From positions 992,001 to 1,056,000 of the forward strand of contig CAXXXD010000002.1 of assembly GCA_963663385.2 (NCBI GenBank): 64,000 nucleotides of DNA. Direction: 5' to 3'. The stretch's first letter is position 1. The number at the start of each line of letters is the position of its first letter. Position numbers and translations under genes: made by a program. Below the pieces are notes generated by a model. The model saw only the letters and a program-made list of their open reading frames with translations. It did no database searches and was not told where the DNA came from. The stretch comes from Oceanispirochaeta sp. (GTDB taxonomy: Bacteria; Spirochaetota; Spirochaetia; DSM-2461). Below, piece by piece: positions 9,741-20,875 of this stretch.

Positions 9741-10580
9741 ATGAATACTATTGCATCGAATAAATATTTGGACTCCCTCTGGCTGATTGCTGCGATCTTT
9801 CTTTTGGGTGTTATTTTTTTCCCTATTCTATGGATGATCCTCTGTGCTACAAGACCCAATCAGGACCTGTTCCTCTTTCCTGTTCCTTTTATTCAGGAGA
9901 AATTCACTCTTGAAGCCTTTAGAATCATTTTTTCACAGAAGGATGTCTATCTGTCTCTGTATAATACGGTTTTTGTATCCCTTTTTGCGACAATCTTCTG
10001 TATCTGTGTGGCTGCACTGGGGGCATTCGGAATGTCCCGCTACAATTTTAAAGGCCGCCGTTTGCTGCAATTCTATATCCTTATGACCCAAATGCTGCCT
10101 GTCATTCTTATTGCCATACCTTTCTTTAAGGTTTTTATGAGTCTGGGCCTGTATGATACAAAGGTAGGACTTATTCTGGCTTATACCTCTTTCTCTCTGC
10201 CGTTTTGTACTCTTACACTGCTGGGATTCTACAGCAGTATACCCCGCTCTCTGGATGAGGCGGCTCAAATAGACGGCTGTACCCATTTCGGCAGTTTCCG
10301 GAGGATTATCCTGCCGATTTCAAAAACCGGACTGGTTTCTACCGGGATATTTTCCTTTGTTACCGCATGGAACGAATACCTGATGGCCCTGGTTCTCACC
10401 AATTCGAACCGTTCCCAGATGCTGGTTGTGGTTATAGGAAAAAAAATCGGGCAATACGATATCGCCTGGAATGAACTTATGGCCATTACGGCAGTGGCAT
10501 CCCTGCCATTAATTATGATGTATGCGTTTATGCAGAAAAGCTTTATGCGCGGCCTGACGGCCGGTTCCGTTAAAATGTAG
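9741..10580 (+). CDS. Carbohydrate ABC transporter permease (MalG/UgpE type)
   Basis: IPRSLDEAAQIDG, AWNEY, GLTAGSVK. Confidence 0.93.
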   Translation: MNTIASNKYLDSLWLIAAIFLLGVIFFPILWMILCATRPNQDLFLFPVPFIQEKFTLEAFRIIFSQKDVYLSLYNTVFVSLFATIFCICVAALGAFGMSRYNFKGRRLLQFYILMTQMLPVILIAIPFFKVFMSLGLYDTKVGLILAYTSFSLPFCTLTLLGFYSSIPRSLDEAAQIDGCTHFGSFRRIILPISKTGLVSTGIFSFVTAWNEYLMALVLTNSNRSQMLVVVIGKKIGQYDIAWNELMAITAVASLPLIMMYAFMQKSFMRGLTAGSVKM

Positions 10581-10592
10581 GAGTCCCCGACA

Positions 10593-12203
10593 ATGAAACA
10601 GAAAAATATACTCTTTTTATTCAGCGATCAGCATAATGCCAGGGCTATTGGGTGTTATGGTAATAAGGAAGTGCAGACACCCCATCTGGACAAGTTGGCG
10701 GAAGAAGGCGTCCGGTTTGATAATGCTTACTGCAACAATCCGATCTGTACACCGAGCAGAATCAGTTTTCTGAGCGGGCAGTATGCTCATAACCATGGGT
10801 ATTTCGGACTGATGGGACCTCAGATTGAGCAACTGCCCCATATCTTCTCCCATTTCAAAAAAGCCGGCTATGCAACCGGGTGGGTCGGGAAAAGTCATAC
10901 ACCCGCAGGCTGGCTCTCCAACTGTGACTATATCCGGGATGCCATGGGTTACGAAAAGGGTATTACCCTGGAAGAAGCTTCCCGGCTCGAAGGGTTGCAG
11001 GGGCGTGATGACGATGATTATTCACTCTACCTGAAGGAAAAAGGGCTACTCCGATTACGAGAGGATAAGGTCCTGCAGGAGCAGTTTGACCGTTTCGGCC
11101 ATAGCCGGGGACAGGGGGTTGACGCCAAAGCCGGTTCCCTGCCTGTTGATGAAACAGTAGAAGCCTGGTGTGCTTCGGAAACCATGGAGTTTATACGGGA
11201 CAGTAACGATCGGGACAAGCCTTTTATCTGCTGGATGAGTATGCCTCACCCGCATCAGGGATGGGCCCCGGCCAAAGAGTTCTGGGATCTCTATGACGAA
11301 GATGCCCTGACTCTGCCTCCCAATGCGGAAAGCGATTTCTCCTTCCGTCACCCTACGGCGGAAAAGGCCCGTAAGTATTATCAGGAAAATGATGAGTGGC
11401 GGCTTTATGAACCAAAAGATTGGGAATCTGCCCGCAGACGCGTATTGAAGGGGTACTATGCCAGTGTGTCACAGGTGGACGATGCGGTCGGCCGGGTACT
11501 GAAAGGATTGAAGGAGCTGGGGCTGGAAGAGGATACGATTGTGATTTACTCCGCGGATCATGGTGATTTTGCCGGAGAGCACGGAATGATTGAGAAGGCT
11601 CCCGGTATCGCCTTCCGCTGCGTAACCCGGATTCCCCTTATTATGAAGTGTCCCGGTTTGATCCCTGAGAATCTTACCCGTCGCCATCTTGTAGAATCAA
11701 TAGATCTCTTTCCGGGGCTGGTCGAACTCTGCGGCTTATCCGAACCTGACTGGATTGACGGTACAAGTCTGACTCCTGTTTTAATGAAGGATGAACCGGT
11801 TAAGAAATATGCTTTTACCGAACATCCCTTGAGTAAAACGGTGCATACGGAACGTTATAAATTCACCCATTATCAGAAGGAGATGTGCGGCGGAAAAGAC
11901 TTTGGTGAACTGTATGATATGAAACAGGATCCCTGGGAACTGGAAAATCTTTTTTTCAGGGAGGAGTATAAATCTGTTGTGGAAGAACTCCGTCTTGCTG
12001 TCTTGGACTGGCTTATCCAGTCATCCCGGCATCTTACAATTGGTCCGTCACCCTATGTCTGGAAGGGGAAGGATTATGGGACATGGGATCTTGCTCCTCA
12101 ATTATATGATGAGGATGGCCTTCTGGGGCGGGGATATCTCAGTCGTGTACTCTCTTTTCAGGATGGTAAAACCACGAAGGTGAATCCAATAAATTATCTT
12201 TAG
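10593..12203 (+). CDS. Cytoplasmic Cys-type (formylglycine) sulfatase
   Basis: NILFLFSDQH, CTPSR.SFLSG signature, GKSH, PHPH, SADHGD...EHG; no signal peptide. Confidence 0.92.
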   Translation: MKQKNILFLFSDQHNARAIGCYGNKEVQTPHLDKLAEEGVRFDNAYCNNPICTPSRISFLSGQYAHNHGYFGLMGPQIEQLPHIFSHFKKAGYATGWVGKSHTPAGWLSNCDYIRDAMGYEKGITLEEASRLEGLQGRDDDDYSLYLKEKGLLRLREDKVLQEQFDRFGHSRGQGVDAKAGSLPVDETVEAWCASETMEFIRDSNDRDKPFICWMSMPHPHQGWAPAKEFWDLYDEDALTLPPNAESDFSFRHPTAEKARKYYQENDEWRLYEPKDWESARRRVLKGYYASVSQVDDAVGRVLKGLKELGLEEDTIVIYSADHGDFAGEHGMIEKAPGIAFRCVTRIPLIMKCPGLIPENLTRRHLVESIDLFPGLVELCGLSEPDWIDGTSLTPVLMKDEPVKKYAFTEHPLSKTVHTERYKFTHYQKEMCGGKDFGELYDMKQDPWELENLFFREEYKSVVEELRLAVLDWLIQSSRHLTIGPSPYVWKGKDYGTWDLAPQLYDEDGLLGRGYLSRVLSFQDGKTTKVNPINYL

Positions 12204-12212
12204 GAGCAGAAT

Positions 12213-12536
12213 ATGAAAAGGTGGGCACAGGTTATCGGTCTTGAACCGGACCGCCTTGATGAATACCGGGCATATCATAAAAATATATGGCCGGAGGTTG
12301 TCGAAAATCTGAAACAGGCGCATATTCACAACTACTCCATACATTATGCGGGAGGTTATCTTTTCTCCTACTTTGAGTACTCAGGTTCCGATCTGGAAAA
12401 AGATCTGCACCGGCTTGCTTCCCGTCCTGAAAATATCCGCTGGAGGAGTATCATGAAGCAGATGCAGCTTCCCTTTTCAGATGGGGATGAAAGGGTGGTA
12501 TGGATACCCATGGAAGAGGTTTTCTATCTCGAGTAA
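12213..12536 (+). CDS. L-rhamnose mutarotase family protein
   Basis: EY...H..IWPEV...L......NYSI, LFSYFEY, MEEVF motifs. Confidence 0.85.
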   Translation: MKRWAQVIGLEPDRLDEYRAYHKNIWPEVVENLKQAHIHNYSIHYAGGYLFSYFEYSGSDLEKDLHRLASRPENIRWRSIMKQMQLPFSDGDERVVWIPMEEVFYLE

Positions 12537-12575
12537 CCAGGCAGTGTAAAATATGTTAACAGGTTCGTCCCGGAT

Positions 12576-12612
12576 AAAGGCTCCCCGGCTTATAGCTAAG
12601 GAGCCTTTTTTG
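12576..12612. terminator. Probable bidirectional rho-independent terminator
   Basis: AAAGGCTCC...GGAGCCTTTTTT between convergent genes. Confidence 0.7.
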
Positions 12613-12617
12613 GGAAA

Positions 12618-14147
12618 TTACACGTAATCAAACCCTTCGGGAACGGTAAAGCTCTTCTTGAACGCGTTGAACAGGAAGCAGATTGCCGCCAGGATCAGGT
12701 AGCTGAAAAAGAAGGGATTCAGGCTGAACCCGAGGGATGGTGCATGAATAAATCCGATCAGGGCCATAAGCGACGCCGCCAGACCGACAAATCCCGCCTT
12801 GTCCAGGCGTTTATCGATAATAAAGGCTGTTATGGAAGCCCAGAGCATTCCGGTGATAATGGCGCCGTATTTCAGTTCCGGAACCCCCATCCACATAACT
12901 CCCTCATTATTGAGAGCTGCCACTACTTCGGGGCTGAACTCATATACACCCTGTGTATAGAGTGTCAGCTGAACCTCTGTGAATGCATAGTCCGCCAGGT
13001 GGGGAACGAAAGCTACCGCTACAGCAGCGCCATGACGGAAGGGGCGTGCTTCCCTGAAAGCCTGGGTAATAATAACGATGGAGCACCAGATAAAGGTGAT
13101 GGCGCAGATGACAGGAGGCATCAGGGAGTTGATAAAGGCATAGGCACCGAAGATTCCCGCCAGACCGAGGATAAGCCCGGAGATCCAGGAATAACCGGAA
13201 CCGGCTTTTCCCTTTTTCAGTCCGGGGTGTCCCAGCCATACCGTATTGGGAACCACACCGCCGAAAAGGGCGGAGAGCATGGTCATGGCACCGTCGGCAA
13301 TCTGTGTCTCCCTTACATCGTAGTTGTCGCCGGCTGCAATGGCAGATTCAACATTATCCATTGTTTCGATAAAGTTGTAGATCTGAATGGGGATGATAAC
13401 CACCAGATAGGGGCCGATCATGGACATGCCGCTGATAATAGCCCTGATCCCGCCGATCGGACTCATCAGGGTAAACCCGAATCCGCTTACATCGGGATGG
13501 ATCCTTCCAAGAATAGCCGCATAGAGCATACCGCCGATAACAGCTACCATCAGGGCGGGGATCTTTCTGGGGAAAACATATCCGCCGATCAGTCCGATAA
13601 TGGCGATGATAAGAACGGGCATTCCCAGAATCGGATCGGCATAGACATCATAGAAACCCTTGTTGATCATCCAGACCAGGGCTATACCGCCGACTGTTCC
13701 CAGCAGGGCTGCCCGGGGGAGGAATTTGCGGAGCCAGGGACCGACAACGCTCCCCAGCGCTTCAATCACTCCGCCCAGAAAGGTGGCGGCAACGGCGACC
13801 ATCCAGACTTTCTCCGGATCTCCGATGGCATAGTTGAGAGGAGCAATAATGCCCCAGAGATAGACAAACATGGCCGGTGTGGAGACACCGGAAGGGAGGG
13901 CGGTTACATCGGTGCGGCCCTCCTTTTTCGCCAGTCTGTTTGCCATCCAGGCATAATAGATACCAGACCCCATCAATCCCACGGACATGCCCGGGATTAC
14001 CTTGCCGAATACAAGGGCGGCGGGCCATTCGAAAACATAGAGAAGAACACCGATTACAATGATGTAATTGACGATATTCCCGGCCAGACTATAGGCCATC
14101 CCGCCTATGTCACCGCTTCGAAACAACGGCATTTTAGATTCTTTCAT
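12618..14147 (-). CDS. NCS2/AzgA-like nucleobase permease family membrane transporter
   Basis: Highly hydrophobic; TALPSGVSTP, NVESA.AAGD.Y and P.TVW.GHPG.K motifs seen in xanthine/uracil-permease-like proteins. Confidence 0.75.
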   Translation of the reverse strand: MKESKMPLFRSGDIGGMAYSLAGNIVNYIIVIGVLLYVFEWPAALVFGKVIPGMSVGLMGSGIYYAWMANRLAKKEGRTDVTALPSGVSTPAMFVYLWGIIAPLNYAIGDPEKVWMVAVAATFLGGVIEALGSVVGPWLRKFLPRAALLGTVGGIALVWMINKGFYDVYADPILGMPVLIIAIIGLIGGYVFPRKIPALMVAVIGGMLYAAILGRIHPDVSGFGFTLMSPIGGIRAIISGMSMIGPYLVVIIPIQIYNFIETMDNVESAIAAGDNYDVRETQIADGAMTMLSALFGGVVPNTVWLGHPGLKKGKAGSGYSWISGLILGLAGIFGAYAFINSLMPPVICAITFIWCSIVIITQAFREARPFRHGAAVAVAFVPHLADYAFTEVQLTLYTQGVYEFSPEVVAALNNEGVMWMGVPELKYGAIITGMLWASITAFIIDKRLDKAGFVGLAASLMALIGFIHAPSLGFSLNPFFFSYLILAAICFLFNAFKKSFTVPEGFDYV

Positions 14148-14159
14148 ATCACTTACTCC

Positions 14160-15533
14160 TTACAGGAATTTCAAACCCGATTGAATTAACTCTTCCTTTA
14201 CCTGATCGTACATCTCCTGCCAGGCGGGAACGGGGCGGACAGTCTCAAGGTCATATGCTTCGCTTATGCATACCCCGGGATTCCCTCCCTCTTTTACAAA
14301 AACCGCTTCATATTTTTCGAGGAGAGAAAGGATTATTCTGTTGGCCTCTTCCAGACTGAGCCCCTGCCGGGCTGCCGCATGGCCCACTTCTCCCATCAGC
14401 CGGACTTCAAGACCCGTTCCGTTGGGGTAGGAACCGTCGGCGGAACCGACACCTTCCAGATGGCCCCCGCTGACAGTCGCCGCAATGGCATTGGCTGCCA
14501 CTTCATAGAGCAGTTCCTTTGTCAGGGCTCCGCTCTTCGGGTAAATATCGCAGACGATTATCCCGGGAGCATTCCGGGCGATAGCCTGGCAGACCATACT
14601 CTGCAGCCACATACAGCCCCTGGTTGAGGTCGCCACATACTGGATATGGATCGGATGGCAGAGGTGATAGTCTGCGAGACAGATAATATTGGCAGCCAGA
14701 AAAGAAGCTATCTGTGCTACAGCCGCACCGGGAGCGTCACCAGCCAGTCCGCCTACCATTACGGTTGCCAGGGAGGCATTGGCCATTCCATAGAACTGGG
14801 AATTGGCCGCTCTGGTCATATTCCCCTTATCAATCATCAATTCATTGAACATGGCAACCAGATGAGCGTCGCAGGGACGGAGCATATCCGGGTGGGTAGC
14901 AGCCAGGTCTCCGATTTCGGTTACACTGCTTTCGGCTGCCAGCATTCCTATACCGGGTCTTCCTACCTCTTCCCTGACCTGCTTTAAAATAGAAAGTTCC
15001 CGCCTGGAGGCATACAGTTCACTGGGACCGCCTGATTCTACGGAAAGCCCGTCTACATCCACAAGGGATCCGCAGGTTATAAGATCGACTACAGGTTCCT
15101 GGGCCCAGCTTTTTACCGATACTTTATAGAGCTTTTCCGGAGTGGGGACTCCGGGGTTCCCCGCCCATACCGCCGGCGGCCGGCTGTCCATTATCTGCCG
15201 GGGAACGAGGCTGCAGGCGTCTTTTCCCTCGCCCATCACAAGAGGACGGTTCATTTTGCGGATCCCCTCATTGATCTCCCCTTCGCTCAGGGGAATTACC
15301 GTTCCATGGGTCAGGGCGTAAACACCTGTGTTCAGAATAAGTTCCTTTCCGGCCCGGAATATCCGGTCTGCCAGATCCGGATCATTGGGGGTTATGGTAT
15401 TCTGATCCCAGGACAGATCGTATTTTTCAACAAGGTCCCGGACTTTTTCGATAATGGTAAAATCCCAGTCCTCTTTGCTCATTTTCCGGCCTGTACGGGC
15501 CCTTCTGATAATCTCGAGATAATCGTGAATCAT
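14160..15533 (-). CDS. MtmB-family (monomethylamine:corrinoid methyltransferase-like) protein lacking pyrrolysine
   Basis: Colinear by eye with Methanosarcina MtmB motifs (GRPG.G, NEL.ID, GG.AG, TG.E.R.MGEV, YD..TV.P). No in-frame amber codon. ATG 15533 follows GGAG. Confidence 0.82.
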   Translation of the reverse strand: MIHDYLEIIRRARTGRKMSKEDWDFTIIEKVRDLVEKYDLSWDQNTITPNDPDLADRIFRAGKELILNTGVYALTHGTVIPLSEGEINEGIRKMNRPLVMGEGKDACSLVPRQIMDSRPPAVWAGNPGVPTPEKLYKVSVKSWAQEPVVDLITCGSLVDVDGLSVESGGPSELYASRRELSILKQVREEVGRPGIGMLAAESSVTEIGDLAATHPDMLRPCDAHLVAMFNELMIDKGNMTRAANSQFYGMANASLATVMVGGLAGDAPGAAVAQIASFLAANIICLADYHLCHPIHIQYVATSTRGCMWLQSMVCQAIARNAPGIIVCDIYPKSGALTKELLYEVAANAIAATVSGGHLEGVGSADGSYPNGTGLEVRLMGEVGHAAARQGLSLEEANRIILSLLEKYEAVFVKEGGNPGVCISEAYDLETVRPVPAWQEMYDQVKEELIQSGLKFL

Positions 15534-15878
15534 TTTCCTACTCCATCTGGTATAAATGTCATCAAACCATGAGCGGAAAAAAGAATTGTGCGGAAGAAAG
15601 GTAGAAATATTCCGGAAGACAGACTTCACGCACCTCTGATTTTACCCAATCATGGTTAAGCGTGACCCCGATATCTTTTTCAGGATATGAACAGGCTTCC
15701 CGTCCTCAGTGTCATCACCGGAATTTTATGCAAGGAAACTGTATAATGATACAATTTCAATGATTTTTAATAAAATTAGCACGATAGTACAAAAATTGGC
15801 AATATATTTTTGAAAAAAAGGTCAGACAAGTTGAAATTCCTTTCTAAGAGCAGGATGAAGGATGAAGACCAGGGTATT

Positions 15879-15908
15879 AAAAAAGGCAGTTCCCGTCGGG
15901 AACTGCCT
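15879..15908 (-). terminator. Rho-independent terminator of eno
   Basis: AGGCAGTTCCC-gtc-GGGAACTGCCT hairpin followed by a U-tract on the minus strand. Confidence 0.8.
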
Positions 15909-15929
15909 GATATATCCGGAATTCAGATA

Positions 15930-17333
<1,404 letters not shown>

Positions 17334-17400
17334 TCAAGCTGTTACAGGGCCGGTTTGAAAGATTATTCGCTTATCCTAAGTGCATTTTCCGTTTTTCTTC

Positions 17401-18408
17401 TCAGGATAGGGGCAATATGGATTTTCTATCCATGAAGATCTGTTTTATCCGGAGAATATGAGGGGTCTGTCGTCCGCTGCCGAGCCGTTCCAGCATCATA
17501 CCGGCAGCATAACTTCCCATCAGTTCCGTGTCGATTCTCATAGTGGATATCTGATAGGTTTCAGCCGATTCGTAATTCAGAGTATCTCCCGGAGCTATAA
17601 GGGATACATCCCGGGGTATGGAATACCCCATTTTCTGAAGCAGATGGATGACTTTTCCGGCCAGCAGGTCATCATGGAGAAACAGGGCTGTCGGTCCGGT
17701 TCCCTCTAAACGGAATATTTCTTCCAGGTGACTGGAAATATCGTCATAATCCCGGATATTAACTGTTCTCCTCCATTGATCCGGAATTGTAAGCCCATTC
17801 TCTTCCAACGCTTTCCTGAATCCGAAATAACGGTCCGTAAGCGTTCCCGGAAGATTCTCTCTCGGGTAATCAAGGTAGGCTATTTTTCTATGACCAGCCG
17901 TGATCAGTTTCAGGGTTCCTTCGTATGCTCCCAGAAAGTCGTCAACGCAGACTGTAAAAAAACGATCCAGGAAGGCTGTGTTATTGATTATAACACAGGG
18001 GATTCCCTTTTTTTCAAGCTTATCAAAAAGGTGCTGATCTGCCAGGTGAATGGAAAGGAGAGCCGAAGGATTCAGCTCTGATATTTCCGCGAATATTTCG
18101 TCCGTACTCATTTCCCGAGATACCGGAAGCATCGTGACTGTATATCCTGCCTCTTTTGCGGAAATCCGAAGCTGTCTGATAATAGGGTTGAAAAAATAGG
18201 ATAGGGAGTCGTTTTCCCTGTCCTGATTAAAAAGGAGGGTCCAGTGCCGGCTTATGGTCTGACGGCTCTTTCTGTAACCGACCTGTTCCGCCGCATCCAT
18301 AACTTTCTGCCGGACTTCTCCGGAAATCCGGCCTTTCCCTGAAAGGGCCATGGACGCGGTAGTAAGGGAGACTCCGGCTTTTTCTGCTACATCTATTAAT
18401 TTTGCCAT
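17401..18408 (-). CDS. LacI-family transcriptional regulator, divergent from the glycyl-radical genes
   Basis: LIDVAEKAGVSLTTAS.ALSG HTH plus periplasmic-binding-like domain (IP.DVSLI). Confidence 0.92.
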   Translation of the reverse strand: MAKLIDVAEKAGVSLTTASMALSGKGRISGEVRQKVMDAAEQVGYRKSRQTISRHWTLLFNQDRENDSLSYFFNPIIRQLRISAKEAGYTVTMLPVSREMSTDEIFAEISELNPSALLSIHLADQHLFDKLEKKGIPCVIINNTAFLDRFFTVCVDDFLGAYEGTLKLITAGHRKIAYLDYPRENLPGTLTDRYFGFRKALEENGLTIPDQWRRTVNIRDYDDISSHLEEIFRLEGTGPTALFLHDDLLAGKVIHLLQKMGYSIPRDVSLIAPGDTLNYESAETYQISTMRIDTELMGSYAAGMMLERLGSGRQTPHILRIKQIFMDRKSILPLS

Positions 18409-18458
18409 AGAAACCTTCAGAGGTATTGTAGCCTACAAAGACCGTTTGTAGAACAGGA

Positions 18459-18479
18459 TGATAAAATTTTACCACAGTT
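18459..18479. promoter_or_regulatory. Palindromic operator candidate between lacI and the GRE
   Basis: TGATAAAATTTTACCA (one mismatch from a perfect palindrome) + CAGTT; near-identical AAAATTTTATCACAGTT at 23586-23602. Confidence 0.55.
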
Positions 18480-18573
18480 CTATTTTTTTAAACAGTTTCC
18501 CTATTTTTTGCACACCCCCGGAGGAGAAGGGCATTGTAGGATTTTAACAGGTAATCAAATGGAGGATTTTCCC

Positions 18574-20871
18574 ATGAACGAAAGTGCAGTAATAACGGAT
18601 ATTTCAATAAAAGGCCGCCCTGCGGAAGCGGATGCAAGACTAAAAGCCTTGATTAAAAGGAGTCATTCTCTGGCTATCGGGCATAAAAGGGACCTGTTTG
18701 TGGACAATGCGGAGTTTCTCGTGTATCACTGGAGCGGAGAAGCCGCGGCGTTCAGCCCCAATACGGGGGAGACTGCGGCGGATACGGATACACGGATCCA
18801 TATAGGGGATCACAATGCCCGGGTGGATGCGGGAGGGCCCTTCCCCTATACGAAAGAAATGCCATCCAAATCCGGCAGCTTCGAGTACAGTGAAAAAAAC
18901 TGGGCCGAAGATTATGCCTTTTTCCTGGATCACAGCCCTGCTGAAATCCATCCCAATGAGCGGATTGTCGGGGAGTTTCACTGGATGCTGGAGGAAGCCC
19001 GTTACTTTCAATACCCCGAATCCCAGAGAAAGTTGGGAAAGGCAGCCCGTAAACTGGGGGCCGGGGGCATCAGTTTTACCCATACCTGTCCGGATCTCAG
19101 CATAGGACTGGCACTGGGATGGGGCGGTCTGCTGGATAAAGTAAAGAGGAATCTGAAGAAATTCGAAGAGTATGGAAACGAACGATCCGCGGAGTATCTG
19201 AGGGCTCAAATCCTGGTTGTGGAATCCATTATGCGTTTTATCGAAAAGCATGCCGACCGGGCCGAAGAGCTGGCGGCTGCCGAAAAGGATGCTCTGCAGA
19301 AACAGAACTACCTGTTTGTGGCGGGAAACTCCCGGGCCATTATCTCCGCGGCTCCCTCCACCTACGCCCAGGCTGTTCAGTGGTTGCAGTATTTTACTAC
19401 GGTGGAAAGGATTAACGGACACGGTAACGGTTACGGCCGTCTGGACCAGCTGCTGATCGAGTATTACAGCAGGGATAGGGAAAAGGGGATCCTTGACCGG
19501 ACGGAAGCGGTATCTCTTATTGCCGAATTGTACCTGAAATACGGGGGGAACTACTGGTCCTTTGGCGGCCGAGACATAAACGGAGATGATGCCACCAACG
19601 AGATGAGCTGGATCTGTGTGGAGGCCTACGATATTACAGGGGGATACAATCATCTGGGGCTGATGTGGCACCCGGATATAAACGAAGAGTTTTTTACCTA
19701 CGGCTGTGATGTGGTGGCCCGTCACAACTGCGGTACTCCTACCCTGGTGAATTTTGATGTGCTGAGAGACAGCCAGCTCCGTTCCGGAGTGGATGAAAAG
19801 GATGCCTGGAATATGTCCTACTCGGGGTGTCAGTGGTACTGTGTTGTGGGCAGGGAGTATAACGACCAGGATCTGAACTCTTTCGTTCTGGTTCAGCCCA
19901 TGCAGAGAGCCATGGACAGGGCTGCGGAATCCGGTACGACCGATTTTGAAACTTTCTGGCACTATTACGATGAGGAGGTGGATAAAACGGCGGAAATCCT
20001 GAAAGATTTCAAGAACGAAACCTATCTGTGGCAGCATAAGGTCTGGCCGGAAATGGTTACCAGTCTCTGTATGCACGGTCCTATTGAAAAAGGCCGGGAT
20101 GTAACCGATTCTCAGTCTGTCCCCTATAACTACACCTCTGTTAATGTTCTGGGAGTTCCCAATGTGGTCGATTCCCTTTATGCCTTGAAGAAGCTGGTTT
20201 TTGAACAGAAGAAATACTCCATGCAGGAGGTGATTGATGCGGTCTCCTCTGACTGGGAGGGAAGGGAACTGATGCGTCTGGATTTTCTGAACCAGGATAA
20301 ATTCGGAAATGATCTGGAAGATGTGGACGCCATGTCCGTACGTGTTTCCGAGCATATCAGGGAGGTTCTGGAGAACAAGAGGAATAATAAGGGATTCTGG
20401 TTCAGGCCGAGTCTTTTTCAGTATATGGGACACACCTATGCGGGGGATCTTCTGGGAGCCACACCCGATGGAAGGAAGGCTTCGGAACCCCTGGCACATG
20501 GAAACAATCCCATGCACGGTCGTAATACAGAAGGCATGTCAGCCACCATGAAATCCTTCTGTGCCCTGGATTATACCAGGTATCAGGGCGGATCTTTTCA
20601 GGTGGAACTGCAGCCCTCGTTCTTTTCCGGAACAGACCACAAGGGAAAGCTGGTCAGCGCCTTTTCACGGATTTTCTTTAATATGGGAGGGGTCCAGATA
20701 AACCTGAACACGATTGATCTGGCAAAGCTTACCGATGCGATGGAGCATCCGGAAAAAGAGGAGTATTCCGAGCTGGTTGTCAAAGTTACCGGGTATTCCG
20801 CACACTTTGTCGTTCTGGACAGGCGGTTTCAGGAAGAGTTTATTTCCCGTGTAAACTATTCCTCCCTGTAG
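18574..20871 (+). CDS. Glycyl-radical enzyme (PFL-like family), unknown substrate
   Basis: GRLDQ.L, KFGND, GATPDGR.A..PLA, C-terminal Gly loop LVVKVTGYSAHF, Cys loop YSGCQW; ATG 18574 follows GGAGG. Confidence 0.9.
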   Translation: MNESAVITDISIKGRPAEADARLKALIKRSHSLAIGHKRDLFVDNAEFLVYHWSGEAAAFSPNTGETAADTDTRIHIGDHNARVDAGGPFPYTKEMPSKSGSFEYSEKNWAEDYAFFLDHSPAEIHPNERIVGEFHWMLEEARYFQYPESQRKLGKAARKLGAGGISFTHTCPDLSIGLALGWGGLLDKVKRNLKKFEEYGNERSAEYLRAQILVVESIMRFIEKHADRAEELAAAEKDALQKQNYLFVAGNSRAIISAAPSTYAQAVQWLQYFTTVERINGHGNGYGRLDQLLIEYYSRDREKGILDRTEAVSLIAELYLKYGGNYWSFGGRDINGDDATNEMSWICVEAYDITGGYNHLGLMWHPDINEEFFTYGCDVVARHNCGTPTLVNFDVLRDSQLRSGVDEKDAWNMSYSGCQWYCVVGREYNDQDLNSFVLVQPMQRAMDRAAESGTTDFETFWHYYDEEVDKTAEILKDFKNETYLWQHKVWPEMVTSLCMHGPIEKGRDVTDSQSVPYNYTSVNVLGVPNVVDSLYALKKLVFEQKKYSMQEVIDAVSSDWEGRELMRLDFLNQDKFGNDLEDVDAMSVRVSEHIREVLENKRNNKGFWFRPSLFQYMGHTYAGDLLGATPDGRKASEPLAHGNNPMHGRNTEGMSATMKSFCALDYTRYQGGSFQVELQPSFFSGTDHKGKLVSAFSRIFFNMGGVQINLNTIDLAKLTDAMEHPEKEEYSELVVKVTGYSAHFVVLDRRFQEEFISRVNYSSL

Positions 20872-20875
20872 AACT

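Noticed and set aside
14160..15629. Pyrrolysine recoding in the mtmB homolog, and the longer GTG start at 15629
   Set aside because: No in-frame TAG and no pyl genes in the window; the SD and similarity support ATG 15533.
15540..15730. Riboswitch in the long leader of the mtmB-like gene
   Set aside because: No match by eye to purine, THF, ZTP, cobalamin, SAM or guanidine consensus elements; an Rfam scan is needed to exclude one.
18640..20517. 625-aa antisense ORF inside the GRE (also 12744-14189, 29598-31043, 31570-32742, 41637-42752 and similar)
   Set aside because: Shadow frames opposite well-supported genes; no motifs, biased composition.
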